Shown here piece by piece: positions 39,346 to 49,421 of a stretch of 64,000 nucleotides of DNA. The notes under the pieces were generated by a model, which did no database searches, was not told the origin of the DNA, and saw nothing but the letters and a program-made list of their open reading frames with translations. Position 1 is the first letter of the stretch; every line of letters starts with the position of its first letter. This DNA comes from an uncultured Pelagibacteraceae bacterium (GTDB lineage: Bacteria; Pseudomonadota; Alphaproteobacteria; Pelagibacterales; Pelagibacteraceae). The stretch is from positions 15,876 to 79,875 of the forward strand of contig CACDDC010000001.1 of NCBI GenBank assembly GCA_902551455.1. The letters run 5' to 3'. The position numbers and the translations under genes are program-made.

Positions 39346-39633
39346 TTATTTTTTGTCTGGATTATTTCTAGTAAGGTGGTCTAGTGTAATTAACTCATCT
39401 ACAGGAATAGTATTATCTTCGACTTTTTTAAACCCTGATTTAGCTTGTTTCTTGGCTCTCTTCTCAGCTAGTTTTTTTTCTCTCTTTGCCTTTTTCTCCA
39501 TAAGCTTTGCACCCTTGGTGCTCTTAAAGTCGTAGTGGATGCCAAGTCGTGCCCATTTGCCTTCATAATTATAAGAATCTTCGTAAATAACTTTATTATT
39601 TTTATCCAAAATTATTTTTTTATATACTTTCAT
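39346..39633 (-). CDS. Hypothetical protein
   Basis: 95 aa ORF heading the dcd-murA-hisD-infA run. Confidence 0.7.
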   Translation of the reverse strand: MKVYKKIILDKNNKVIYEDSYNYEGKWARLGIHYDFKSTKGAKLMEKKAKREKKLAEKRAKKQAKSGFKKVEDNTIPVDELITLDHLTRNNPDKK

Positions 39634-39730
39634 GATGAGTCCAAGTTTTATAACTATAATATATTATACTATTGTTAAAAATTAAGGCAATAATTTGAAA
39701 TATTTAGTTTTATACAATAGTACATTTCAA

Positions 39731-39808
39731 ACCCCTGTAGTTTTAGCTTGGTTGAAAATAGGCCCTTGGTATGGGTCCGTAGGGAGTTCGAATCTCCTCG
39801 GAGCACCA
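39731..39808 (+). pseudogene. Degenerate tRNA-Thr(GGU)
   Basis: Good anticodon arm GGCCC-TTGGTAT-GGGTC, T arm GGGAG-TTCGAAT-CTCCT and ACCA end; acceptor ACCCCTG/CGGAGC is mismatched and 1 nt short. Confidence 0.65.
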
Positions 39809-39812
39809 AAAA

Positions 39813-40529
39813 TTATTTAAAATTTTTTTTTATAAATAAAACCAAAAGGTTTTTTAAAGTTCTTAAAATTTCAACTTTAGGTATTTTGGAAGTACCCTTA
39901 TGTCTATCTTTAAATATTATAGGTATTTCCTTAATTTCTATATTTCTACTTGCAAGTTCAAATACAGTTCCCATAAAAAAACTATATCCTTTATTTTTTA
40001 CTAAATTTAGATTGAAATCATTTAATTTTGAAATATTAAATCCTCTGTACGAAGTTGTAAATTCATTACAATTAATATTTAATAAAAATTTAATTAATCT
40101 ATTTCCATAAATACTAAAAATTAATCTTCTCCCTTTCATTAAACATTTTCCATTTTGGGTATATCTAGAACCAATGACAAAAGGATTTTTTTCTAAATAA
40201 TAAATAAAATTTTTAATTTCAATTGGATCATGTGATAAATCTGCATCTAGAGTAATTAAATAGTCATATTCATTATTTTTAGCAAAGTTATATGCTTCTT
40301 TATGGGCAGTATCCAATCCTTGTTTTTCGTTTCTTTTAATCAAAAAAATATTTTCATGATTATTTTTAAGTTCTTCTATTTTTTCATAAGTTTTATCTGG
40401 TGAATTGTCATCAATAATTAAAATATGAACACTTGGACAATTTTTAAATATTGAATTTACTAATAATTCAATATTTTCTTTTTCATTGTATGTAGCTGTA
40501 AAAACTAATACTTTTTTTGTATTACTCAT
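39813..40529 (-). CDS. GT2 polyprenol-phosphate glycosyltransferase (DPM1/Ppm1-like)
   Basis: ATYNEKENI, IIDDNSPDKT, LDADLSHDP, VIGSRY, FKDRHKGTSK; start at MSNTKK assumed. Confidence 0.88.
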   Translation of the reverse strand: MSNTKKVLVFTATYNEKENIELLVNSIFKNCPSVHILIIDDNSPDKTYEKIEELKNNHENIFLIKRNEKQGLDTAHKEAYNFAKNNEYDYLITLDADLSHDPIEIKNFIYYLEKNPFVIGSRYTQNGKCLMKGRRLIFSIYGNRLIKFLLNINCNEFTTSYRGFNISKLNDFNLNLVKNKGYSFFMGTVFELASRNIEIKEIPIIFKDRHKGTSKIPKVEILRTLKNLLVLFIKKNFK

Positions 40530-40546
40530 AATATAATTATATATCA

Positions 40547-41749
40547 ATGAAAAAAAATATTTATAACTATTTAGTAATTTATTTTATTGCTTTAATGTTT
40601 TTTTCTACATTTTTTTTATTTAATAAACATAATGTACAAATTGACTCAACAATTAATGAATGGATTATCAATTACTACGGAGGCTTTACTAAAAGAGGAA
40701 TAATTGGCGAAATATCGATTTTTTTTTCATCCGTATTATCAATAAGTTTGAGAGATACAATATTTTATTTGCAAGTAATTTTACTTGGAACGTACTTTTT
40801 TTGTCTTTTAAATTTTTTGAGAGAAGTAGATTGCAATAGAACAATTTTATTATCAATTTTTACTCCAATATTTATACTTTATCCAATTGCTGAAATAGAA
40901 GTGCTTGCAAGAAAAGAGATTTTTATTTTTATTTTTTTTCTAATTTATCTATTTATTCCTACAGAGAAAAAAATTTTTCAGAACATTTATAAAACTATAT
41001 TCTTAGTACTAGGAATATTGATCTGGGAACCTATAATATTTTTTTTTCCATTTTGGATAACGATTGATATAATTAGAAATAAATTTAATAAGCTAGATAT
41101 AAATTTTTTTACAAATTTCATTTATTATATACCAGCAATTACTTTAGGATTTTATATTGCTCTTAACCCAATGACTGATGCTAATCATGTAATAATGTCC
41201 GATTTTTTAAAATTAAATTTTAACGAAAATTGTTATGGTGCATGTGCATTGCTTAAAAGTAAGTCTTCAATATATGATAATATAATTGACACTGTTAGAT
41301 TGTTATCCTTAGAGGTATTTGTTAGATATTTTTTAATTATTGTGATTGGATTTAGCCCTTTAATTTTATTATTATTAATTTTCAAAATTAATTCAAATAA
41401 ATACCTCTTTTTTAAATCATTTGATAATTTGCTTTTTCCTTTTTTAATTATTTTATCTCCAGTTCTTTTTTTATTTTTAATGGGAGTTGATTGGGGAAGA
41501 TGGGTAAATATTAGTTATTTTCATGCAATTATTTTTTTTATCTATTTATACAAAAATAATTATATAACTATTACTAAAGATAAATCTAATTTGATAAATT
41601 TAAGTTTTATTTCGAAAAAAATATTTATTTTTTTATTTATTATCTTCTGTTTTGGTTGGGCACCAAAAACTTTGTTGACTGGCGATGTAGGCTCTTTCCC
41701 TGGATATCGAATACCATATAAAGTAATTAAAATGGTTTTTATAAATTAA
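40547..41749 (+). CDS. Polytopic membrane protein, possibly GT-C-type glycosyltransferase
   Basis: Many hydrophobic segments; EWIINYYGGFTKRG and GVDWGRW; function inferred only. Confidence 0.6.
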   Translation: MKKNIYNYLVIYFIALMFFSTFFLFNKHNVQIDSTINEWIINYYGGFTKRGIIGEISIFFSSVLSISLRDTIFYLQVILLGTYFFCLLNFLREVDCNRTILLSIFTPIFILYPIAEIEVLARKEIFIFIFFLIYLFIPTEKKIFQNIYKTIFLVLGILIWEPIIFFFPFWITIDIIRNKFNKLDINFFTNFIYYIPAITLGFYIALNPMTDANHVIMSDFLKLNFNENCYGACALLKSKSSIYDNIIDTVRLLSLEVFVRYFLIIVIGFSPLILLLLIFKINSNKYLFFKSFDNLLFPFLIILSPVLFLFLMGVDWGRWVNISYFHAIIFFIYLYKNNYITITKDKSNLINLSFISKKIFIFLFIIFCFGWAPKTLLTGDVGSFPGYRIPYKVIKMVFIN

Positions 41750-41753
41750 TGGA

Positions 41754-42473
41754 TTATTTTTTATAAAAAATATTTCTAATAATTAATGTAATAATTAACA
41801 GTACTATTAAACCTATAATTGGATAAATTACATCTGGATAAAGTAAAATTTCTAGAAAAGATGGAGCTACTTGATTTTCGTTAATTATTTTCTCTAGTCC
41901 ACTTCCAAGTGTAGTGCCAATAAAAAGTTGTGGGGTCATACCAAGTATACTACCTAAAAAAAAAAATTTAATTTTTATATTAAATAGAGTAGGAATAACA
42001 TTTGAAATTGCGAAAGGTATTCCCCCTAAAAATCTGTAAAATAAAAAGTAAATAAATTCATTTTTTTTAAACTTTTCATTTAGTGAGATGAACCTTTTTG
42101 AAAATTTTTCTTTTATAAAATCTTTCAAAAAATAATTAGCAAAAATATATAATAGTGTTGCTCCAGAAGTTAGACCTAAAACTACTAAAAATGTTCCTAA
42201 CCATTTTCCAAAAATAAAACCTCCTATTAAAAATATTGGAGTACCAAATCCGAGCATAAAAACCCAAATAACTGTAAAAATGAAAAAAAGTATCGATACA
42301 ATAAATAAATTTTTTTCTTTGATCTCAATTAAATAATCTCTGTTATTTTTTATAAAATCATAGCTAGTTAAGTCATTTAAAGAAAATTTGCTAAAAAATG
42401 TCCAAAGAAATAGTGTTAAGATAACAGTATACGCGATTGCCAGAAAAATTTTAATTTTATTACCTTTTTCCAT
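41754..42473 (-). CDS. TVP38/TMEM64 (DedA/VTT domain) membrane protein
   Basis: GGFIFGKWLG, GATLLY, YRFLGGIPFAISN. Confidence 0.85.
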   Translation of the reverse strand: MEKGNKIKIFLAIAYTVILTLFLWTFFSKFSLNDLTSYDFIKNNRDYLIEIKEKNLFIVSILFFIFTVIWVFMLGFGTPIFLIGGFIFGKWLGTFLVVLGLTSGATLLYIFANYFLKDFIKEKFSKRFISLNEKFKKNEFIYFLFYRFLGGIPFAISNVIPTLFNIKIKFFFLGSILGMTPQLFIGTTLGSGLEKIINENQVAPSFLEILLYPDVIYPIIGLIVLLIITLIIRNIFYKK

Positions 42474-42559
42474 ATATTTTAAAGAAATAAATAAACTGTA
42501 CTTTACTTTACTTATTTCTTATAACTACCAAAATTTTTATAAACATTTATTAACTAATT

Positions 42560-42697
42560 ATGAAAAGAACCTACTCCCCCAGCAAACTTGTGCGTGCTCG
42601 TAGATTGGGATTTCGATCTAAAATGAAAACTAAGGGCGGAAGAGCTCTTCTAAGTAGACGAAGAAAAAAAGGCAGAAGAAGACTCACTAACAAATGA
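42560..42697 (+). CDS. rpmH: 50S ribosomal protein L34 (not in ORF track)
   Basis: [45 protein letters not shown]. Confidence 0.95.
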   Translation: MKRTYSPSKLVRARRLGFRSKMKTKGGRALLSRRRKKGRRRLTNK

Positions 42698-43035
42698 GCA
42701 AAAAGATTTTAAGTCTTTCAAAAAGCGAAGATTTTAAAGCCCTTCTATCAGGAAAGAAAGTTTCTAATAAATATCTGACTATTTTTTTCAAAAAACTTTC
42801 TGGTAAAAGTAATAAAGATTTAAACATAAGTTTTGTAACGAAAAAAAAAATAGGTAAAGCAGTTATTAGAAATAAAATTAAAAGGCGTTTACGTGGGATA
42901 ATGATTGAGTCAATAAAAAAACTTAATATAAACTTGAAATATTCTTATTTATTTATTGCAAAAAAAAATGTATTTGAAGATGATTATAATAAAATCAAAA
43001 AATATATATTTGAAGATCTAAAAAAAATAAAATAA
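42694..43035 (+). CDS. rnpA: Ribonuclease P protein component
   Basis: [18 protein letters not shown] motif; rpmH-rnpA-yidD-yidC order. Confidence 0.93.
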   Translation: MSKKILSLSKSEDFKALLSGKKVSNKYLTIFFKKLSGKSNKDLNISFVTKKKIGKAVIRNKIKRRLRGIMIESIKKLNINLKYSYLFIAKKNVFEDDYNKIKKYIFEDLKKIK

Positions 43036-43271
43036 TGAAAATTTTAAACTTACCATTTATAGTTTTAATAAAGTTTTATAGATTCTTTATTAGTCCTTTT
43101 TTTTTAAATTCATGTAAATTTGAACCAACTTGTAGCTCGTATGCTTTGACGTGTTTTAAAGAATACAATTTAATTAAGGCTTTATATAAAACCATTTTAA
43201 GAATTATAAAGTGCAATCCATGGTTCAATACAGGTGGGTATGATAGTCCAGTTGAAAAGGAAAGAAATTAA
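43035..43271 (+). CDS. yidD: Membrane protein insertion efficiency factor
   Basis: CKFEPTCSSY, RIIKCNPW, GGYDSP. Confidence 0.92.
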   Translation: MKILNLPFIVLIKFYRFFISPFFLNSCKFEPTCSSYALTCFKEYNLIKALYKTILRIIKCNPWFNTGGYDSPVEKERN

Positions 43272-44965
43272 TGGATCTCAAAAATGTTATCGCTGCAATC
43301 GCACTATCTACATGCGTTATCGTATTATATGGATTATTTTTTGCTCCCCAACCTGAACAACTTTCAAAAAATTTAGAAAATACAAATCAAAAAGAAATAA
43401 TTCAAAATCCTGAGGCACCAAGTATTGAAGAAAAGGTTGAGGTTAAATCAGTTTCACGAGATGATGCTATTAAATCATCTAAAAGAGTCTATTTTGAGAA
43501 TGAATTTATTATAGGATCAATATCATTAACTGGAGGTATGATTGATGATTTTAAATTTAAAATATATAACAAAACACTTAACAGCGAAGAAAAAATTCAA
43601 CTATTAAATCCAAGTTCAACTAAAGAAGGTTATTCATTTAATACTGGTTGGGCCACTAATTCTGATATTTCAACACCAAAGCTTGATACTTTATGGACTG
43701 TGGAAGGAAATAGCAAGCTTACACCTAATAATCCAATAAAGATTTATTTTGAGAACAATCAAGGACTTAGATTTGAAAGATTAATCTCAATTGATAATAA
43801 TTATCTTTTTAATATAACACAAACAATAATAAATATTACAGATCAAAGTTATAAATTTTATCCTTACGCAATAATTAATAGAAATAATCTTCCTGAAGAC
43901 TTAACTGATTTTTATATTCTCCACGAAGGATATACTTTAATTACTGGTGATGAATTAGAAGAAGTTGATTACGATGATGTTAAAGACAAAAAATATTCAA
44001 AAGAAGGTAACACTGGTTATTTAGTTCAAGGAGATAAATACTGGATGACAAGTATTATTCCTGAACAAGGAAGAAAATTCAGATTTGATATAGATTATAA
44101 AAATAAATATAGAGCTAGTTATATCGATCTTAAAGGATACGATATAAGACCAAATTCAAATATACAGCATAATATACAATCGTTAATAGGAGCAAAAGAA
44201 ATTAAATTGATTAATAAATATACTGAGGAACTTAAAATAAATAAATTAGACCTAATAGTAAACTACGGTATGCTGTATTTTATAGTTAAGCCTCTATGGT
44301 TCATTCTTGATTTTTTTTATAAATTTGCAGGAAATTATGGATATGCAATAATTTTATTAACGATACTTGTAAGAATAGTTTTTTTCCCAATTAACCAATA
44401 TTCAATGAGATCTATGGGAAAGATGCGTTCACTTGCTCCTCAAATTGAAAATTTAAAGGCAAGATTTAAAGATGATAAACAACAAATGCAACGAGAGATG
44501 ATGAAGTTGTATAAAGTGAATGGGGTCAATCCTGCATCCTCTTGTTTTCCCATATTAATCCAGATCCCGGTATTCTTTAGTTTATATAAGCTTTTGCTTT
44601 TAGATTTGGCGATGAGGCACGCACCCTTTATTTGGATATGGTCCGACTTAGCTGCAAAAGATCCAAGTAATTTGTTTACTCTATTTGGTTTATTACCATG
44701 GAATACCCCAGGGTTTCTCGAAATTGGAATTCTACCGATACTTATGGGTGGGAGCATGTGGCTTCAGATGCGTCTTTCTCCACAACCTTCTGGTAATGAT
44801 GACATGCAAAGAATACAAAAGAAAATGTTTACATTTATGCCACTGGTGCTCACTATAATTCTTGCACCTTTCGCAGCAGGCTTAATTCTATATTGGGTTT
44901 GCACAAACATTCTCACTATTATTCAACAATACATTATCAATCGTACGATATCTGTTAAAAAATAA
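43271..44965 (+). CDS. yidC: Membrane protein insertase YidC
   Basis: GNYGYAIILLT, NPASSCFPILIQIPVF, GLILYW. Confidence 0.96.
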   Translation: MDLKNVIAAIALSTCVIVLYGLFFAPQPEQLSKNLENTNQKEIIQNPEAPSIEEKVEVKSVSRDDAIKSSKRVYFENEFIIGSISLTGGMIDDFKFKIYNKTLNSEEKIQLLNPSSTKEGYSFNTGWATNSDISTPKLDTLWTVEGNSKLTPNNPIKIYFENNQGLRFERLISIDNNYLFNITQTIINITDQSYKFYPYAIINRNNLPEDLTDFYILHEGYTLITGDELEEVDYDDVKDKKYSKEGNTGYLVQGDKYWMTSIIPEQGRKFRFDIDYKNKYRASYIDLKGYDIRPNSNIQHNIQSLIGAKEIKLINKYTEELKINKLDLIVNYGMLYFIVKPLWFILDFFYKFAGNYGYAIILLTILVRIVFFPINQYSMRSMGKMRSLAPQIENLKARFKDDKQQMQREMMKLYKVNGVNPASSCFPILIQIPVFFSLYKLLLLDLAMRHAPFIWIWSDLAAKDPSNLFTLFGLLPWNTPGFLEIGILPILMGGSMWLQMRLSPQPSGNDDMQRIQKKMFTFMPLVLTIILAPFAAGLILYWVCTNILTIIQQYIINRTISVKK

Positions 44966-44970
44966 ATATA

Positions 44971-45825
44971 ATGAATTTTAATAAAGAAGAGTTAGAAAAA
45001 ATTCTTCCTTCTAATGGTCCTAAATTAGAAGAAGTTATAAAATATATCAAAAAGTATGAAGAAGATAAAATTGTAATAAAGCTAGGTGGATCATGTTTGG
45101 AATCTAAAGAATTATTTAGTCAGTTTATAGATGATATCTGTGTAATTTATAAATTGAAATTAAATATTATAGTTGTTCATGGGGGAGGAAAGTCCATAGA
45201 AAAAAAATTTAGAGAAAACAATATAGAAAGTAAATGGATAAATGGATTAAGAGTAAGTGATGAAAAAAGTATTCAATTTATTGAGGAAGCTTTAAATGAA
45301 TTAAATATAAAAATTAATGAAAAATTAAGAGAAAAAGGATGCGAGTCTAAGGGTATAACTGCCAAAGATCAAATTGTTAAAGTAGATCCTATTTCAAAAG
45401 ATTTACAATATGTTGGGTCACCAAAAACAATAGAAAATAATTTACTGATTAATATTTTAAATAATAATGAAATTCCAATTATTGCACCACTAGGAATAGG
45501 TGATGATAAAAAAATATATAATGTTAATGCTGATCATGTTTCTGGTAAAATTGCAAAATCACTTAATGCCAGAAGATTGCTTTTAATGACAGATGTTGCC
45601 GGGGTCATGAAAGATCAAAACTTAATTACAGAGTTAAGTTCGAATGAAGCTTTAAAAATGATAGAAGATGGAACAATTAAAGATGGATTTGTTCCAAAGA
45701 TACATACTTGTATTGATGCTCTTGAAAATGTGAAAGCTGTTGCAATTATTGATGGCAGAAAACCACATTCTATACTTTTCGAACTATTTAGCGATAAAGG
45801 TGCGGGCACTCTTTTGAGAAAATAA
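44971..45825 (+). CDS. argB: Acetylglutamate kinase
   Basis: VIKLGGS, VVHGGG, NGLRVS, YNVNAD, LMTDVAG. Confidence 0.93.
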   Translation: MNFNKEELEKILPSNGPKLEEVIKYIKKYEEDKIVIKLGGSCLESKELFSQFIDDICVIYKLKLNIIVVHGGGKSIEKKFRENNIESKWINGLRVSDEKSIQFIEEALNELNIKINEKLREKGCESKGITAKDQIVKVDPISKDLQYVGSPKTIENNLLINILNNNEIPIIAPLGIGDDKKIYNVNADHVSGKIAKSLNARRLLLMTDVAGVMKDQNLITELSSNEALKMIEDGTIKDGFVPKIHTCIDALENVKAVAIIDGRKPHSILFELFSDKGAGTLLRK

Positions 45826-46496
45826 TGAAAGAATTTAAAAAAATAAAAAATTTTGTATTTGATCTTGATGGAACCTTATATAGCGAATTAGATGCTGTAT
45901 TTGGGCAGGTTAGCAAAAGAATGACTAAATTTATTGCTGAAAAATTAAATTTAGATTTGAAAAAAGCAAAAGAATTGCAAACAAATTATTTTCATAAGTA
46001 TAGCACTAGTTTAAATGGTCTTATGATACATCATGATATTGATGCTTCAGAGTTCCTTAAATATGTTCACGATATAAATTTAGATTTTATGCATAAAGAC
46101 TTAATTTTAAGAAAAGAACTTTTAAAATTAAATGCAAAAAAATTTATATTTACAAATGGATCTCATGACCATGTAGCTAATATTACAAAACATTTAGGTA
46201 TTTACGATCTTTTTGATGGTGCTTTTGATATAACAGATTGCAATTATATTCCAAAACCAGCGATAGAACCTTACAAGAAATTAGTTAGTAAATTTAATAT
46301 TGAACCAAGTGAAAGTGTTTTTATAGAAGATATAGCTAAAAATTTAGAACCTGCTAAAAAACTAGGTATGAAAACTGTGTGGTTAATAAATGATGAGTAT
46401 TGGGGTAAAAAGGACTCAGATAAAGATTTTATAGATTTTAAAATAAAAAATCTCTCTAGTTTTTTAAAAGAAATTAATATATTAAAAGTAGCATAG
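45825..46496 (+). CDS. Pyrimidine 5'-nucleotidase (HAD)
   Basis: FDLDGTLY, FTNG, PKP, FIEDIAKNL. Confidence 0.88.
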   Translation: MKEFKKIKNFVFDLDGTLYSELDAVFGQVSKRMTKFIAEKLNLDLKKAKELQTNYFHKYSTSLNGLMIHHDIDASEFLKYVHDINLDFMHKDLILRKELLKLNAKKFIFTNGSHDHVANITKHLGIYDLFDGAFDITDCNYIPKPAIEPYKKLVSKFNIEPSESVFIEDIAKNLEPAKKLGMKTVWLINDEYWGKKDSDKDFIDFKIKNLSSFLKEINILKVA

Positions 46497-46501
46497 TTTG
46501 T

Positions 46502-47335
46502 ATGAGTGATATTAAAAAAATTATAAATGATGCTTGGGAAATTAAAAATAAAATAAAACCCGATACTGATAAAAATTTAAATGAAGCAATTAAGGAAATG
46601 ATTGATAGCCTCAATGAAGGTAAAATAACTGTAGCAGAACCTCAGGGAAATGATTGGAAAATAAATGATTGGATACAAAAAGGAATACTTCTTTCTTTTA
46701 GAATAAATAAAAGAAAAATTATTGGAGGACCGTACAATGCTTGGAATGACTTTGAACACTTACCAGGTAAAACATCAACATCTGGATGGACCGAAAAAGA
46801 ATTTACCAGAGCTGGTTTCAGACTGGTACCAAATTGTGTAGTACGAAACGGATCTTTTATAGGTAAAGGCGCTGTAATCATGCCTAACTCATTTATAAAT
46901 ATTGGTGGATACTGTGGTGAAAATTCTATGGTAGATACGGGTGCCAGAATAGGTTCGGCTAGTAGGCTTGGTGCTAATTGTCATTTATCTGCTGGAGCGG
47001 GACTAGGTGGAATTCTTGAGCCAGTAGGTTCTAAGCCTACTATCATTGAAGATAATTGTTTTATTGGAGCTCTCAGTGAAATTGTTGAAGGCGTAATAGT
47101 TAGAAAAGGAAGTGTTGTTTCTATGGGCTGTTATATTGGAAAAAGCAGTAAGATCTATAACAGAATGACAGGCGAAATAACATCTGGCGAAATTCCTGCA
47201 GGCAGTGTTGTTGTTCCTGGAACATTACCATCAAAAGAACCAGGTGCAGCAAATCTATACTGTTTAGTTATAATTAAACAAGTTGACGAGAAAACTAGAT
47301 CAAAAACTAGCCTTAATGATCTATTAAGAGATTAA
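46502..47335 (+). CDS. dapD: Tetrahydrodipicolinate N-succinyltransferase
   Basis: WIQKGILLSFR, GFRLVP, GGILEP, VDEKTRSKTSLNDLLR. Confidence 0.95.
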   Translation: MSDIKKIINDAWEIKNKIKPDTDKNLNEAIKEMIDSLNEGKITVAEPQGNDWKINDWIQKGILLSFRINKRKIIGGPYNAWNDFEHLPGKTSTSGWTEKEFTRAGFRLVPNCVVRNGSFIGKGAVIMPNSFINIGGYCGENSMVDTGARIGSASRLGANCHLSAGAGLGGILEPVGSKPTIIEDNCFIGALSEIVEGVIVRKGSVVSMGCYIGKSSKIYNRMTGEITSGEIPAGSVVVPGTLPSKEPGAANLYCLVIIKQVDEKTRSKTSLNDLLRD

Positions 47336-47337
47336 CA

Positions 47338-48477
47338 ATGAAAACTTATAATGAAGTAAAATTAGCTCAAGAGCTAATAAGATTTCCAACAGTTAAAACT
47401 GAGGATAAGGGTATAATGAAATTTTTATCTAGAAAATTATCTTCGATTGGTTTTAGATGTAAAATTATTAAATCAAAAGGAACAGGACCAAAACCAGCAT
47501 TAAATTTATACGCAAGATTTGGTAAATCGAAACCTCATGCGAATTTTTTAGGCCACAGCGATATTGTTGGTAATCTATCAAACTGGAAAATCCCTCCATT
47601 TAAAGGTGTTGTAAGAAAAGGATATTTAAATGGTAGAGGAGCTCAAGATATGAAAGGTGGGATAGCTTGCTTTATAAGCGCAATTAGTACATTTATTAAA
47701 AATAAAAAATTCAAAGGATCTATTTCAATTATTATTGCTGCAGATGAGGAGACAACGAGCCTAGGAACGCCAGCAGTTATTAAACATCTTAAAAGAAGAG
47801 GTGAAAAAATTGATTTTTCAATCATTGCTGAGCCATCTTCAAATAGATCAGTTGGGGATGAAATAAGAATTGGAAGACGTGGATCTATGAATGGAATTAT
47901 AACTGTATATGGAAAAAGTGGTCACTCAGCATTTGCTGGGTCTTATAACAATCCATGTACAGCCTTAGCTAAAATAATAGCAAGATTAAAAAGTTCATCT
48001 TTGGATAATGGTACTAAATTCATGCCTCCATCAAACCTAGAGTTTACAAAAATGAATGTAGAAAACTTATCTGAAAATGTGGTGCCTCAGTCTGCTAGTG
48101 CAAAATTTAATGTAAGATTTAACTCTAAATACACATCATCTTCTTTGAAGAAAAAACTAAGTAAAATAATTAATGCAGTTGCAAAAAAAGAAAAATGCAA
48201 AACTAAAATAGAATATAGAGTAAGTGGTGAAGCTTTTTACACTAACCCAAATAAAGAAATTTATATGGTTAAAAAAATTATTAAACAAGTTACAGGCAAT
48301 TCAGCAAAATTAAATTGTAGAGGCGGCACAAGCGATAGCCGCTTTTTAGGGTCTATTCCAAGACTAGAGCTAGGATTAAGAAATAATAGTATTCATCAAG
48401 TTAATGAAAGAACATCGATTTCGGATTTGAAAAAATTAACTAAAATATATTATAATATTTTAGAAAATTATTTTTAA
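47338..48477 (+). CDS. dapE: Succinyl-diaminopimelate desuccinylase
   Basis: GHSDIV, GRGAQDMKGG, DEE, IGRRGS, GGTSDSRF, IHQVNE. Confidence 0.93.
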   Translation: MKTYNEVKLAQELIRFPTVKTEDKGIMKFLSRKLSSIGFRCKIIKSKGTGPKPALNLYARFGKSKPHANFLGHSDIVGNLSNWKIPPFKGVVRKGYLNGRGAQDMKGGIACFISAISTFIKNKKFKGSISIIIAADEETTSLGTPAVIKHLKRRGEKIDFSIIAEPSSNRSVGDEIRIGRRGSMNGIITVYGKSGHSAFAGSYNNPCTALAKIIARLKSSSLDNGTKFMPPSNLEFTKMNVENLSENVVPQSASAKFNVRFNSKYTSSSLKKKLSKIINAVAKKEKCKTKIEYRVSGEAFYTNPNKEIYMVKKIIKQVTGNSAKLNCRGGTSDSRFLGSIPRLELGLRNNSIHQVNERTSISDLKKLTKIYYNILENYF

Positions 48478-49403
48478 TGAAAACAGCAATAGTTACATCA
48501 AAATCTTCTTTAAATCATAATACTGGCTCTGGACATCCTGAGAGCATATCTAGGATTACTTCAATACTTAAAACATTAAAAAAAAATAAAAAGTTAATTT
48601 GGAAGAATCCAGCAAGTTTTGATAAAGAGATAATTAAACAAGCACATTCTTCAAGTTATGTAGATACAGTTGAAAATGCCTTTCCTGAAAAAGGTTTAAT
48701 ATTTTTAGATGGTGATACAGTTGTTTCACCTGGAAGTAAAGATGCAACTTTTGATGCTGTGGGTTCAATAATAACAGCGATTGATGGAGTTGAAAATAAA
48801 GAATTTAATGCAGCACATTGTGTTACTCGTCCTCCCGGACACCATGCAGAAAAAAATAAAGCTATGGGCTTTTGTGTAATAAATAATATTAGTGTTGCTG
48901 CTAACTATTTAATTTCTAAATATAAATATAAAAAAATTGCAGTCCTAGACTGGGATTGTCACTTTGGAAATGGAACTTATGATATTCTTAAGTCAAATAA
49001 GAATATTTTTTTCTCTAGCTTGCACCAATATCCATACTATCCAGGTGGTGGAACAGAGAATGAAAAAGGTGATCATAATAATGCTCTAAATATTCCATTG
49101 CCAGCAGGTACTAACTCTAGGGAGTATTTTGATGCATATGAGCATATGCTTAAAAGATTAAAAGAATTTAGACCTGAGTTTATATTAATGTCGGCTGGAT
49201 TTGATGCCCATCGTCAGGACCCTTTATGTCAATTAAATTTAGAGTCGAAGGACTATTATGAAATAACCAGAAGAGCTTTGGAAACAACAAGTGAATTTTG
49301 TAATGGAAAAGTTGTATCTATTTTAGAAGGTGGTTATGACCTAGAGGCCTTAGCTGAAAGTGCAAATGAACATGTTAATGCACTTTTAGAATATAATAAA
49401 TAG
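48477..49403 (+). CDS. Histone deacetylase-family amidohydrolase
   Basis: GHPE, RPPGHHA, DWDCHFGNGT, SAGFDAH, LEGGY. Confidence 0.92.
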   Translation: MKTAIVTSKSSLNHNTGSGHPESISRITSILKTLKKNKKLIWKNPASFDKEIIKQAHSSSYVDTVENAFPEKGLIFLDGDTVVSPGSKDATFDAVGSIITAIDGVENKEFNAAHCVTRPPGHHAEKNKAMGFCVINNISVAANYLISKYKYKKIAVLDWDCHFGNGTYDILKSNKNIFFSSLHQYPYYPGGGTENEKGDHNNALNIPLPAGTNSREYFDAYEHMLKRLKEFRPEFILMSAGFDAHRQDPLCQLNLESKDYYEITRRALETTSEFCNGKVVSILEGGYDLEALAESANEHVNALLEYNK

Positions 49404-49421
49404 TAGTATATTAATAATTAA

